64,000 nt of DNA from Octopus sinensis. Lineage: Eukaryota. Position 1 is the first letter of the stretch. Every line of letters starts with the position of its first letter. The translations under genes were made by a program, and so were the position numbers. The notes beneath the pieces were generated by a model that made no database searches, was not told where the DNA came from, and was given only the letters and a program-made list of their open reading frames with translations. Of this stretch, positions 51,314-64,000 are shown in pieces. Location of the stretch: positions 103,416,001 through 103,480,000 of the forward strand of contig NC_043006.1 of the NCBI RefSeq assembly GCF_006345805.1, written 5' to 3'.

Positions 51314-51417
51314 CATAGATAGATGAAAATACATAAAGATACAAAATGCAAACATATAACATGATATGCTGCGTCGGTAAAATCTAGAGCGTAAACAGAA
51401 TAACATCTGTAAGAACA

Positions 51418-51463
<46 letters not shown>

Positions 51464-52593
51464 GTAGTACTAGTAGTAGTAGTGTTAGTAGTGGTGGTGG
51501 TGGTGGTGGTGGTGATGTGGTGGTGGTCGTGGTAGCAGTAGTAGTTGTAGTAGTAGTAGTAGTAGTAGTTGTAGTAGTAGTAGTAGTAGTAGTAGTAATA
51601 GTAGTAGTCATTTACATTCACTGAAGAATAGTACAGCCGTAGTGGGAGCAGCTAAAACCTTTATACGTTGGTCCAGCAACGATATCATGGCTAGTGCACC
51701 GGCTGCATATTGATACTACATATGCTACCAACGCAACAATCAGCTGCACTGCATTAAAATTTAGATAATCCTTGTTGAAACAAAATCTGCTCTATTTTAG
51801 CTGATCTATGTCGTGCACAGTTTTGTTATTTCTTATACATATTTTCATTAGTTTCTCACTATGGATAAATGTTTGAAAATTATAATATTGAAAAAAAAAT
51901 AGTGGAACAAGAATGCGATGTTGTGATGCCCATTCTTTAGATAAGAAAACGGGAAATAACTCTATGTGTTGTTTATCTAAATCGTTACTACGTTGAGGCC
52001 CCTCAAGCAGATCCTTAAACATAAGCTTTCAGTCGAGGGCTAGTGAATACTTCAAGCTACAACAGTAGATGATATTCTCCTAAATTATCCGTAAATGTTT
52101 CTTATACCTCCACGACAATGTAACTGCTAAAAATACATATCAAAACATGGTCAGTTGTGAAAAAACTTTAACCCCTAGGCACATATCTCGAAGTCTATAC
52201 AGCACACCTATTTGCTCATGGCGTGGACGCTGCTGTCTAGGCAGCCAAACATACATCCCCTATGACAATCTCCACTGTCTCGGCTACACTATTTATCGAC
52301 TTTTGACTTAAGCTTAACTTCAAGTATCAAATCGCATACCGTCAACTCTTTGTTCTCTTTAAATTCTTTATAAACTTATTATTAGAATGTTTCTCTCTCG
52401 AATAGAAATCTATCATCCACAGTCGCAAAGGCATCTGCGCTGTTATGGTAACAAAGTCTATCTACTCATCCTTTTACTCGCATATTTTTCACTAGAGTCC
52501 TCCTTGTAGGGCGTACAGGCGAAGTTCTCGAACAAAACTGTAAAACATGATGCATTTGAGAACATTACCTCCAATTGATGAGTACTCGAGTCT

Positions 52594-52788
52594 CTAGTAA
52601 CCTGTGACGAAAGCTAAATCTATTCTTATGATTCAGAGACCAACAGACAAAGTACTCATTGGAAACATCCTGGCTATCCCAGAGCCGAGAGGGCCAGGCA
52701 AATGAAGGCCGCCAGGAAGATCACCTCTTTCGACAGCAAGGGCATAATGTACATCCACTGGGTCAAGACAGAGTACTTTGTGGAGGCG
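52594..52788 (+). pseudogene. Mariner (DD34D-type) transposase fragment
   Basis: LVTCDES*IYSYDSETNRQSTHWKHPGYPRAERARQMK..FDSKGIMYIHWV..EYFVE. Confidence 0.85.
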
Positions 52789-52789
52789 T

Positions 52790-53060
52790 GTGGGTTAATG
52801 GTTAGTGTGTTGGATTCATGATCGTCACTGGTGGATGCGCGTGGCTTAGAGGTTAAGGTGTTTACGCATGATCGTAAGCTCGTGGTTTCGATTCCTGGAC
52901 CGTGCGACGCGTTGTATTCTTAAGCAAAACATTTCATTTCATGTTGCTCCCGTCCACTCAGCTGGCACAAATGAGTAATCCTGTAACAGATCGGCGTCCC
53001 GACCAGGTGGCGAATATATACGCCATGGAAACCGGGAAACTGGCCCTTATTAGTCGGTAT
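52790..53060 (+). mobile_element. tRNA-derived SINE with duplicated head
   Basis: GTGGCTTAGAGGTTAAGG..GGTTTCGATTCC..TTGCTCCCGTCCACTCAGCTGG; tail GGAAACCGGGAAACTGGCCCT. Confidence 0.75.
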
Positions 53061-53642
53061 GACTCGATGAGGTAATTTTACCTTTATTTTACAGAGCAAG
53101 TTCAGGAAGAGATTTCGTCGCAAAGGACCAGAACATATACACCAAAATTCCAGTCCAAAATTCCATCCTGCTAAACAATTACTTGACAGAAATGGGAACC
53201 AAAACAGATGCCCCCCCCCCGCCACCACCACCACCATTAGTTAGAGTCCAGATCTCGATCCTTGTAACATGATGTTCCGTCAAGCTGGGGGAGAATCTGG
53301 AGAGAGTTCTTTCTGAAGATATTGAGAAGATACCTCCACTTTAGAGGACTTCCATTGGGGATTTTAGGAATTGGTTGGAGTGCTAAATTAAGTGTATTGA
53401 AGACAGAGGATAAAACTTCGAAGTCGATTTCTTTGAAATGAATGATTCTCCTGAAAGTATTTGAATGCTTCTGGAATGCAACTTGAATTTAGATGTTAGG
53501 TTCTTTAGAATTGCTATTACGAATAATGTATGATACCTATGTCATTTGGACTGTCATGTATATAAATTCTACCGCTCAACTGCTACTTATTTTATCTATT
53601 TCCGACATGAGGAAAGTCGACCACGATAGGATTATATATATA

Positions 53643-53691
<49 letters not shown>

Positions 53692-53869
53692 AAATTAAAA
53701 GAGGAAAATACGCACACTTACATGGTTTTAATATAATTTTTAATATATCGACCGGTTTCGCTATCGCTATTCATGATATTATGTTTTATTTATTTGAATA
53801 TATATTTTTTTCTTAAGAAGAAATTTGGTCCATGTTGAGGGGATAATCGAAATTCCTCTTTTCTGTTAC

Positions 53870-53906
<37 letters not shown>

Positions 53907-55532
53907 TGTATGTATGTATGTATGTATGTATGTATTATGTATGTATGTATGTATGTATGTATTATGTATGTATGTATGCATATATATATATAGATAGACA
54001 GAGTGAGAGAGAGAGAGAGAGAGATAAAAGCTGATGTCAACTTATGTGTATGTGGATCAATGGCTCACTGTTTCTAACATATCTCCTCTTAACAAAGGCC
54101 TACATATTATGAAACATTTTAACTACAAAATGAAACTATAAGAAGAGGAATACTAATAATTGTAACAACAATAAGCTTATAATGTCATATGACGGTCATG
54201 CAAAGAATATCCTTCTGTGTGAAATAGGCTGGAAACTTCCAATTGCAGCGTCGGCGGTTAGTAAGAGGAGTGTGGTGGCGCAACATTCGTATGTAGAGCT
54301 TAGATTGTAATTAAATCGAATTCTTTGCAGCAAATGCGTAGCTCATTTATTATAAACTGAAATGGGAGATACAGATGTGAGTTGAAAGAGAATCCAAATG
54401 AGATAGTGATACAACGTATTTTAAAATTAAATGAGGCTGTAGCATTGATTTGAAGGCGATTCAATACGAAAATTGAAGAAAGATATATAAGTTATTCGAA
54501 AATGTTTCAAAAGCGATTAATTCGTTATTCCTTTTCTACGCATATTTAAATATTAATTTCGGTATCCCACCCTCGTTTTTAGAACAACCTAACGTAGCCT
54601 TTATCCAATTCACGGAGGGTTCATTTGTATTATGTGTTATATATGCTGCTTCAATCGATGAGTCGCTTCGCTTCACATTAAAGTCCTTACACCATTAGCT
54701 GGGTTCTGAAGTATTTATTTCCAACCATAAGGAAACCGCTAATGCAAGATGGAATTCGAAAACACAACCCAAAGCGCTGGAACAGACACTGAGAGGCATT
54801 TGATCTGGTACGTTAACGATATCGTCAATCTACTGAGCTGATCTGGTACTTTATTTATCAACCTCGGACACAATGAACTGTACAGCCGACCTCGGTGCGA
54901 TTTGTAACCCAATCACAAGAATCTGGTACGTTTACCGCAAGACATTCTAACCGAAGGTCTAGTGATTCCATCGATTTGTTACCTTTTGTGTGTACTCAGA
55001 GAACAAAGGATTATAGATTAACGAACCCTCAAAAACAACATCCTTGTGATCGGTGGATTACAAGATTAGTTAAATCATCCTCAGATCATTCAATTACGAT
55101 TTAAAAAAAAAAGAAGAAAATGGAAATACTGTCTGAAAATTCGATGTGATGTTCACCTTCTGGATTTCATGGTTCCGTTGTGTCTTTTCCAGAGGCAATC
55201 ACTAAAAGCTGCACCTGAAAATACATTAGACGTGATGGTCACTTTCTGGAATTCATTGTTCACTTATGTATTTTCTAAAGCCAATAACCAGATGCTGAAA
55301 ATGAAGACAAATCTCACAGATCTCACCAGATGGCAGGGCAAGCAAAATGAAAATAAACGTTTCACCTTCTACTTTTCTGATTAACAACTAAGGAAACTAA
55401 CCAAATCTGAACATAACAGACATGTCAGGCTGGAAAAGATAAGGTGTGGTTAATAAGAAGTCTAAATTGTAATATATACATAACGATATTAGGTATATCG
55501 GTACAGTAATATTCCTTTACAATCGATATAAG

Positions 55533-56017
55533 ACCCCTTTTGGTCACGACACTGACCATGGAATTGCACCTAGAAAGTTACCCTCCGAGGTACAAGTCTG
55601 GGCAAGGTTGTTTATGGAAGACCAGCAGTCGCCCATGCATACCAGCCTCCACTCTCACACGCCACCGATGTTATCCAAGGGAAAGGCAAAAGCCGATACA
55701 GCTTGGCACCATTGACGTCGCAGCTCATTTATTAACGTGCAAGGGGCTGAGCACTCCACAGACACGTGTACCCTTAACGTAGTTCTCGGGGAGATTCAGC
55801 GTGACAAGGCTGGCCCTTTGAAATACAGGTACAACAGAAACAGGAAGAAAGAGTGAGAGAAAGTTGTGGTGAATGAGTGCAGCAGGGTTCACCACCAGCC
55901 CCTGCCGGAGCTTCGTGGAGCTTTAGGTGTTTTCGCTCAACAAACACTCACAATGCCCGGACTGGGAATCGAAACCGCGAGTGCGCTGCCCTAACTACTG
56001 GGCCATTGCGCCTCCAC
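55533..56017 (-). mobile_element. tRNA-derived SINE plus adjacent SINE body
   Basis: Head shared with 30596-30775; body shared with 17610-17880. Confidence 0.85.
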
Positions 56018-56694
56018 CGATATAATCGATATAAGAACAACACTGGCAACTCGCCTTCAATTACCAACAGTAAAAACTGTAGCCAAGGAGGAAACATCTA
56101 CGCGGTAGCCGACCGTCTTAGAAATAGGAATTACATCTACCTCAGATCGTACCCTGCTGTTTTAGTACAAGACAACATTTAAAATGTGGTGTCCTGTCTT
56201 CCTTGCACATTAGAAAATGCAAGATAGAAACGTTGCAATGCTTTTTATCAAAGTGTTGTAGTGATAATGTACTTCTCTTCACACGTGACAAAGTGGCTTG
56301 AGGGCCACTACAAAGTCAGGCAGTCAGTCGTTGTAGGAGATCGAGTAGTATCAGAGTCGTGGTACGAGGTCTCAGTTGGAGTCAGTGTCAGTTACGTGTT
56401 GTATACGGCTTTGAGTTACTGTCAAGGTAGGCGTTACAAAGTCAATGTCTTGAGAAGCTATCAGCGATAAGCACGATAAACGGGTCAAAGATAATGGGAC
56501 GCGGAATACCGGCGCAGCATAATAATGGCGACAAGAATATTACTGTGCCAATGACAACATAGAAGGGGATGAGGATCTCACATCATAACAAAAACCTTTG
56601 CACAATAAGGGCTCATTACCGATGACATAAATAACTACTACTACTGCTACTACTGCTGCTGCTGCTGTTATAAGTGGTGGTGGTGCTGCTGCTG

Positions 56695-56739
<45 letters not shown>

Positions 56740-56754
56740 ATAATAATAATAATA

Positions 56755-56939
56755 AATTTTGGGGTAGAGGGCCAGTCGATTAGATCGACCCCAGTACGCA
56801 ACTGGTACTTAATGTATCGATCTCGAAATGATGAAAGGCAAAGTCGACCAAGGTGAAATTTGAACTCAGAACGTATAGACAGATGAATTACCGCTAAGCA
56901 TTTTGCCCGACGTGCCAACGTTTCTGCCAGCTCGCCGCC
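56755..56939 (-). mobile_element. SINE (GGCGGCGAGCTGGCAGAA family)
   Basis: Homologous to 50675-50905. Confidence 0.88.
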
Positions 56940-56968
56940 GTTATAATAATAATAATAATAATAATAAT

Positions 56969-56999
<31 letters not shown>

Positions 57000-57067
57000 C
57001 AACAACAACAACAACAATAATAATAATAATAATAAAATAATACTAACAACAACAACAACAATAATAA

Positions 57068-57759
57068 TGACAATCAACCTTAGGAATGAGCACGTGTCTC
57101 CGCTGTGCCGTATCTGTAATAGAGTGGATAGAACCATTGCTCCTATCACGAATCAATGCCCCAGACTTGCCCAAAGCCACTACTAGTTGTAAGGAAAAGG
57201 GCTAGATTGGAAACTGTGCTAAAAGTGCGGTCTAAAGAGAGTCTAAACGTAGCATGAGCACAAACCGCCAAGTGTGGTGGAAGTCGGACACTAGCAATAT
57301 CCTCTAGATTTTCCCAATCCAAATAGATCAGGTGCTAGAGCATAACAGACCAGACCGAGTGGTGATAGACAAGAAGCACCCCATAGGACATATAGCTGAT
57401 GTTGCATGCCCTTTGACCGATGAACAGACAGAATGGAAGGCGAAAAAATTGATAGATACAACCCACTTAAGTACGAAATGGCCCGGCTATAGTAAATGAA
57501 AAAATGTAAAGATAGTGTCGATTATTGCTGGATTCTTGAGAAGAGTATCAGAAGGCACCCAGAGGAATATAAAGGAAATTGCAATCGAGTGCCCAGTAGA
57601 AGTGTTACAAAAGGTTAGCCTCCTTGGCACGGCCAGAAGAATCAGGAAAGTATTAGATAGCTGAAAAGAATGAATAGCATGGTACCGTAGGCTGCAGTTA
57701 GTAAGCCCGTTACGCATGCAAGGCTCCAGGAACTCCAACAAAACCTGTGATAGGAAGAA
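57068..57759 (+). mobile_element. R4/Dong-like 3' fragment (family 3), decayed
   Basis: SPLCRICN..QCP.LAQSHY..FPIQIDQVLEHNRPD..ADVACP..KIDRYNPLKYEMARL; flanked by (TAA)n. Confidence 0.82.
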
Positions 57760-57769
57760 AATAATAATG

Positions 57770-57839
<70 letters not shown>

Positions 57840-57852
57840 TAATAATAATAGT

Positions 57853-57898
<46 letters not shown>

Positions 57899-57916
57899 GT
57901 TATAATAATAATAATA

Positions 57917-58471
57917 ATACCCTGATGCAGTACCAGGCAATGGCTCTCATGGCTTCTGATCTTAACTGATTGGAAGTGTTATCATGTACATTGTTTTGTC
58001 TTGGTATAAAAGATGGGCTACAGCAAATATTCTGCTCAATACCACAGATTTGCTTGTCAGTTGTTTGACCTTAACCAGTTGAGCATGTCCCTTAGTGGCT
58101 GACGATATGTGCATCTCTGATCACGAGCAGAAGTAGTGGGGTAGCATAATAGCCATGTGTTGAAAGGAATTCTTGGAGGTTTGGATAATTCGCTTTGGAA
58201 ACATGGGTAGTTCGTTCAACATCCTTAAACAATCCTTATTCAGGGACCTTTTGAGCGGGATGGGTTACTCAACCTGAAGAAAATTCTAACTGGGCCCCAC
58301 CTGCAAGGTCATGTGCTGTTTATCTTGATATGAGATCACCATGTCGCGCACATATGGTTGTGATGCATGTGCCTGGTGTGCCCTTATCAAACGGGTAGTC
58401 ATGATGGGTATATTGGGCTTCGTATATTTTACCCCAGTGTCACTTTGATGGCATGAACTGCTCTCTCACTC
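57917..58471 (+). mobile_element. ~555-bp (TAA)n-flanked element, copy 4
   Basis: Reverse complement of copies 1-3; same polarity as the adjacent Dong-like fragment. Confidence 0.92.
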
Positions 58472-58567
<96 letters not shown>

Positions 58568-59304
58568 GAGAAGAAGAAGAAGACCCAAAAATAGAGCTCT
58601 ATTTTAATCGCTCACCTGACTTGCAATATTAATCAGATCTCACTTTTTCTCAAATACCAACTTAATGTGTTAATAAATAGGAAGGACAATTATGATGATT
58701 TATTCCGAAGTAATTCATCAATATTGTAGATAAGACTTTGCGTAAGGTGCTTCGCAGTGGGACTGAACCTTAGAATGCTTGACTGGAGTGCAAATTTCTT
58801 AACCACACAGCTACACCAACTCCTGAAAACTCATTACAGGGGAATTGAATTAAATATTTTACTGGGAATTAGTGATGACAATATGGTGAAATGATTTCAA
58901 GTAGAAATGGACGCCAATGAGGTGGTTTGGCTTTGGTGAAGTTTGTTTCGAAGAGAGTAAGGGAGAGGGAGAGAGTGAGTGAGGGAGAGAGAGAGACTGG
59001 AAAGAGAGAAATGGGGAGGGTGAGAGTGAGACCATAATAAAGAATAGACAATGTTTCGTGGAGGAGTATTTCATTGGAGGGATAAGCGACGCCGCGACCG
59101 CGTCCGAATGGAATTGGGATTAATTTACTCGTTTCAATTTCCAAGTGAAATAATTAAACTGTTTATGCCTTTAAGAAATACATGAAGGCCACAACTTTCT
59201 TAATATTCGTCTGCAGCGAATTTAGTAGGATCTTAAATTCTAGATATGGGGAGGGCAATAATTTACCAAAATCAGGATTTTATCAAATATTTGCAAAATA
59301 TCAC

Positions 59305-59815
59305 ATGATGACGATGATGATGATGACGATGATAATGACGATGACGATGAAGATGATAATGATGAGGATGATGATGACGATGACGATGAAGATGATAATG
59401 ATGAGGATGATGATGACGATGATGATGACGATGATGATGAAGATGATGATGATGACGATGATGACGATGATAATGACGATGACGATGAAGATGATGCTGA
59501 TGATGATGATGATGATGACGATGATAATGACGATGACGATGAAGATCATGATGATGAGGATGATGATGACGATGACGATGAAGATGATAATGATGAGGAT
59601 GATGATGACGATGATGATGAAGATGATGATGATAAGGATGATGACGATGATAATGACGATGACGATGAAGATGATGATGATGAGGATGATGACGATGATA
59701 ATGACGATGACGATGAAGATGATGATGATGAGGATGATGACGACGATGATGATGGTGATGATGGTGATGATGATGATGATGATGATGATGACGATGATGA
59801 TAATAATGATGATCG
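59305..59815. repeat. (GAT/GAC/GAA/AAT) cryptic trinucleotide repeat with ~48-51-bp higher-order unit
   Basis: Recurring GATGATAATGACGATGACGATGAAGATGAT block. Confidence 0.9.
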
Positions 59816-60496
59816 TTGTAGGAATCTTGACGGCAGTGGGCTGTTTGGTAATAAAAATTAAAATTAAGATGACGGTCCAGTGTGTGGAAGCCATGTTGTC
59901 AGATCTCTTTAGAAAACGATTTTGTGTGCGAGACTCTTGTGCAGTCACTGTATATGGCGACCATTATATTTTTTGGAGGAGGGTTTTTTTTTCCTTTAGT
60001 TGAATTCTCATTCTTTCTTCTATGAGGTCGTATTTCCTTCTGCAGTGTATCACCTCGCCATTTCGAAATTCTGCCTTGTTCTCCGAGCTGTCACCTTCCA
60101 GCTCTATCGTTGATTAGTCAATTGCTGCCATACATCATTGACTTTAATAAAAAGCCTGGACTTAATGTTCGTCAGGAGAAATGTGTATATAAAGAAATAT
60201 AAATACAAGAAAACAAACACAAAATCGAATTTAATATAATGAGAAAAACAAGAAGAGAAAATGTGAAATACAAAGAAAGAAAGAAGCGAAAAGAAAATGT
60301 GTTCAAAAACAAAATTGAACGAGGTTGTTGAAACAAGAAATTGGATTTATGCTAATGAAAGGTGAAAAACGTGATAGGAATTTCTACATTTATCAAACTG
60401 GTGGGTGTTTCTTTCTTACAGTATGACAAAGAGACCTAATATAGTGAAATGATATTAGGGTTCAATTAGAGACATACATACATGCATGCATGCATA

Positions 60497-60528
<32 letters not shown>

Positions 60529-60539
60529 TGTATATATAT

Positions 60540-60574
<35 letters not shown>

Positions 60575-60606
60575 CATATATTTAATATATGTGTGTATAT
60601 TCCTTT

Positions 60607-60819
60607 ATTCTTTTACTTGTTTCAGTCATTTTACTGCGGCCATGCTGGAGCACCTCTTTTAGTCGAACGAATGGACTCCAGGAATTATTCTTTGTAAGTC
60701 TTGTACTTATTCTATCCCTCGCTTTTGTCGAGCCGCTAAGTTACGGAGACGAAAAATCACCAACAACGGTTGTGAAGTGATGGCGGGAGGCCAAACAAAG
60801 GCTCACGAACACACACACA

Positions 60820-60896
<77 letters not shown>

Positions 60897-61068
60897 ATAT
60901 ATATATATATATATACGACGGGCTCCTTTCAGTTTCTGTCTACGAAATCTACTCGCAGGGTTTTGGTCGGCCCGAGGCTATAGCGCCCAAGGTGCCACCC
61001 AGTGGGACTGAGCTCGGAACCATGTGGTTGGGAAGCAAGCTTCTTAACCCATAGCCACGCCTGTGCCT
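60607..61068 (-). mobile_element. SINE with internal (CA)n
   Basis: Homologous to 26396-26808. Confidence 0.9.
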
Positions 61069-62252
61069 TATCCAACAAATTTGATTGTCTTTCATTTTGT
61101 TATTCTATTGAAACTATTAAAAGATAAAGGATGGTTGATATTCCAGATATAGTATGTTGTTGAGCTGTGACTGTTTCAGGGCTTATTTCAAATCTAGATA
61201 AGGGCAACTTCCACTTTACTCATTCTGACATATTTTAAATAAATTGCAGGACGGTTTTGAGGACGATTATGTTGAGTATTTGTGCTTCCAAAATGTGCGG
61301 TCGTTTTGTTAATGTGTTTGAAATCCTAATATAGAAAATAGCATGCTTAAAGTTGCAAAGCCTGATTGGATTAATGAATTTCCTTCTCATCGCTTGAGCA
61401 TTGCCTTTCACCATCCCAGTGTCGACATCATTAGTAACATTCAAGTACTCGAGCCGATTTATTCGACGTTAGTCGTCTGTAAAATGCTTCTACTTGTGCT
61501 CATGGTAGAAATCTGTATTTTCTTATGATACTCTTTGAAAATCTAAATTGAGGTTCCATCCAGTTCATTATTTTCTTTCATCATTCCAGCAATTAAAACC
61601 AATAGCTGGAATCAATTCAATCATCTCGTTAATTTCCCTTAGCCTCAAGTCAAAATCATACTTCCTTCTGAACATATAGCGCTTGATTAAATGTTTTCTG
61701 ATATTTCAATTCTCTCTTAACGTTCTGAAACATAATATTGCACTGAAGTTTACCTTGCCTTTCAGCCATCAGAGTGAGTCAATGAAATAACCATCCCTGA
61801 TGTAATAAGGAATATTCAGGCGGTGATGTCCACAGGTCATAAATACAGAGATCTCGCACCCTGGTTAAAGATTCCAAATTATAACTAGGCAGTTACTCAG
61901 ATGTCTCTAATTTACATTAAATAATTCTTTAAAACAATTTTTGCCGCATTCCATAATCTAAAGTAGAAGAAATTGAGAATCACGGCATTCATGTATAGTT
62001 TAAGGGACAAGACGGCGTATTTGATTGTAATTTTGATCAAGCAGGTATCAATCACTGACCGGTTATTCAGGGGCAAAGGGCATATAAATAACTTTCGAAA
62101 AGAAAGACAAAATGAACCTGACAATAATCAATTCTTTTTAAAGAAAAATAATTCTCCGATTAGTGGTTCTGTGATATCAAAAAACCCAAAAGATTCAGCA
62201 AGACAAAACGAAAAATACGGGATCCGTCATTGTTTGTTGCACTAACATTTCG

Positions 62253-62341
<89 letters not shown>

Positions 62342-62410
62342 GCATGTATGTATGTATGTATGTATGTATGTATGTATGTATGTATGTATGTATATATACA
62401 CGCATATGTA

Positions 62411-62752
62411 TCTATATACATAAATGTGTAATGGTGTCTGTCTGTCTGTGTGTTTGGGGTTAGTGTAACTCCTCTCACACTGTCGAACCGATTTTAATGA
62501 TTTTTGGCACATAGGTAGTTCAAATAAGTCCGGAATATTTCGAAAACTCGATAATGCCCAGTTGGCATCGATTTTGTGAGCTCAATTGGGCGTTTGAATG
62601 GAAATTCCCATAACGATATTATCTTCCCAGAAGCTTTTACATTTTTTAACAATAACGATAGAATAACCTCTAAAGAAATCCTTATTCAAAACAAGGTCAA
62701 AGGTGGGCTTAAGTTCAACACGGAAAACGCGAGCAACACCGGGTCCAACAAT
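62411..62752 (+). mobile_element. Short non-autonomous Helitron-like element
   Basis: A|TCTATATACATAAA start, (GTCT)n, GAACCGATTTTAATGATTTTTGGCAC motif, degenerate 3' hairpin CGCGAGCAACACCGGGT. Confidence 0.5.
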
Positions 62753-62994
62753 ATAATTATAAATAGAGAAATACAGTATGATGAAATTTATTTACCGTTG
62801 GATATTCAGGTATGTATTATATATATGTGTGTGTGTGTATGTGTGTGTGTCACTGTGCCAGTGTTTATCCCCTACCCGTCGCTTGACAACCATTGTTGGT
62901 GAGTTTAAGTTCCTCTAGCGATTTGGCAAAACAAAAAACCGATAGAATAAGTACTCAGCTTAACAAAAAACATGTTAAATGAGTGACCCCAGTG

Positions 62995-63157
62995 TTCAGG
63001 AGGTACTTATTTTATCGACCCCGAAAGGATGAAAGGTAAAGTGGACCTCGGCGGAATCTAAACTCCGAACCTATAGATGGTCAAAGAACCACAAAAAACC
63101 ACAAAGAACCACAATTAATTCTGTCCTGCGTACGAACGGTTCTGCCATCTCGCCGCC
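62995..63157 (-). mobile_element. SINE fragment
   Basis: TTTATCGACCCCGAAAGGATGAAAGG..GACCTCGGCGGAAT; head ends CTCGCCGCC. Confidence 0.8.
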
Positions 63158-63218
<61 letters not shown>

Positions 63219-63705
63219 GGTCACAGAAAACGAGAAAGCAACCATACTCTGGGATATGCCAATACACACAGATAGAGAAATTAAGGCCAAGAAACAAGAT
63301 ATAGTTGTCAGAGATCATAAAGAAAAAACTGCTTTCTAATTGATGTATCATTACCAGCGGATGACAACGTGTCTCTAAAAGAAATGGAGAAACTTTCAAA
63401 ATACAAAGACCGGGAAATAGAGGTAACTCGAATGTGGAATCTAAAAACAGAAACAATTCCTATCATAGTAGGTGCATTAGGCATGATAAAAAAATATACA
63501 GACAAATACATTACAAAAACACCAGGACTTACAAACACATATACCATACAGAAAATTGCACTACTAAGCACTGCAGACATCCTACGCAGAACAATTTCAA
63601 TACAGTAACCATCAGAGCATCAGAACAAATCACAGCACATACCCAAGGCACACAGAGCTGCGCTCGGTAGTGAAGTGAAAGCACGCTGTAAAAATAAAAC
63701 TACTG
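63219..63705 (+). mobile_element. R4/Dong-like 3' fragment (family 1)
   Basis: ILWDMPIHTDREIKA..LIDVSLP..KEMEKLSKYKD.EIEVTRMWNLKTETIPIIVGALG; (TAA)n on both sides. Confidence 0.9.
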
Positions 63706-63718
63706 AATAATAATAATA

Positions 63719-63757
<39 letters not shown>

Positions 63758-63794
63758 TAATAATAATAATAATAATAATATAATAATAATAATG

Positions 63795-63829
<35 letters not shown>

Positions 63830-63844
63830 AATATAATAATAATA

Positions 63845-63914
<70 letters not shown>

Positions 63915-64000
63915 AAGAAGACGAAGAAGAAGAAGGATATATTAATTCTCCCAAATTGGATTTCATTGAACGATAATTAAATAAATGATCGCTTATTTTT

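Noticed and set aside
55157-55214. 58-nt minus-strand exon candidate (AAFSDCLWKRHNGTMKSR)
   Set aside because: Plausible splice sites, but no partner exons or recognisable homology.
59182-60003. 273-aa Met/Thr-rich ORF
   Set aside because: It is the ATG frame of a GAT repeat.

Overview
AT-rich, microsatellite-saturated metazoan DNA. The repeat repertoire (tRNA-derived SINEs, (TA)n/(TAA)n/(GATA)n tracts, RTE/Dong/Penelope-like remnants) points to an octopus/coleoid cephalopod genome; this is inference. I see no intact protein-coding gene; almost all supplied ORFs are translated microsatellites. The window looks intronic or intergenic. It holds: 5'-truncated R4/Dong-type retrotransposons and a fixed-length ~555-bp non-coding element, all inserted in (TAA)n; several SINE families, one as a tandem array; Tc1/mariner, Helitron, RTE and CR1-like remnants; and two copies of a MITE with 8-bp TSDs. 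It also holds an orphan GC-rich 18S rRNA fragment, near-perfect fold-back palindromes, and an apparently intact type-I hammerhead ribozyme at ~48.03-48.16 kb, plus three variant or decayed hammerhead motifs. A few plus-strand exon candidates are low confidence. All family assignments come from motif recognition by eye; no database search was run.
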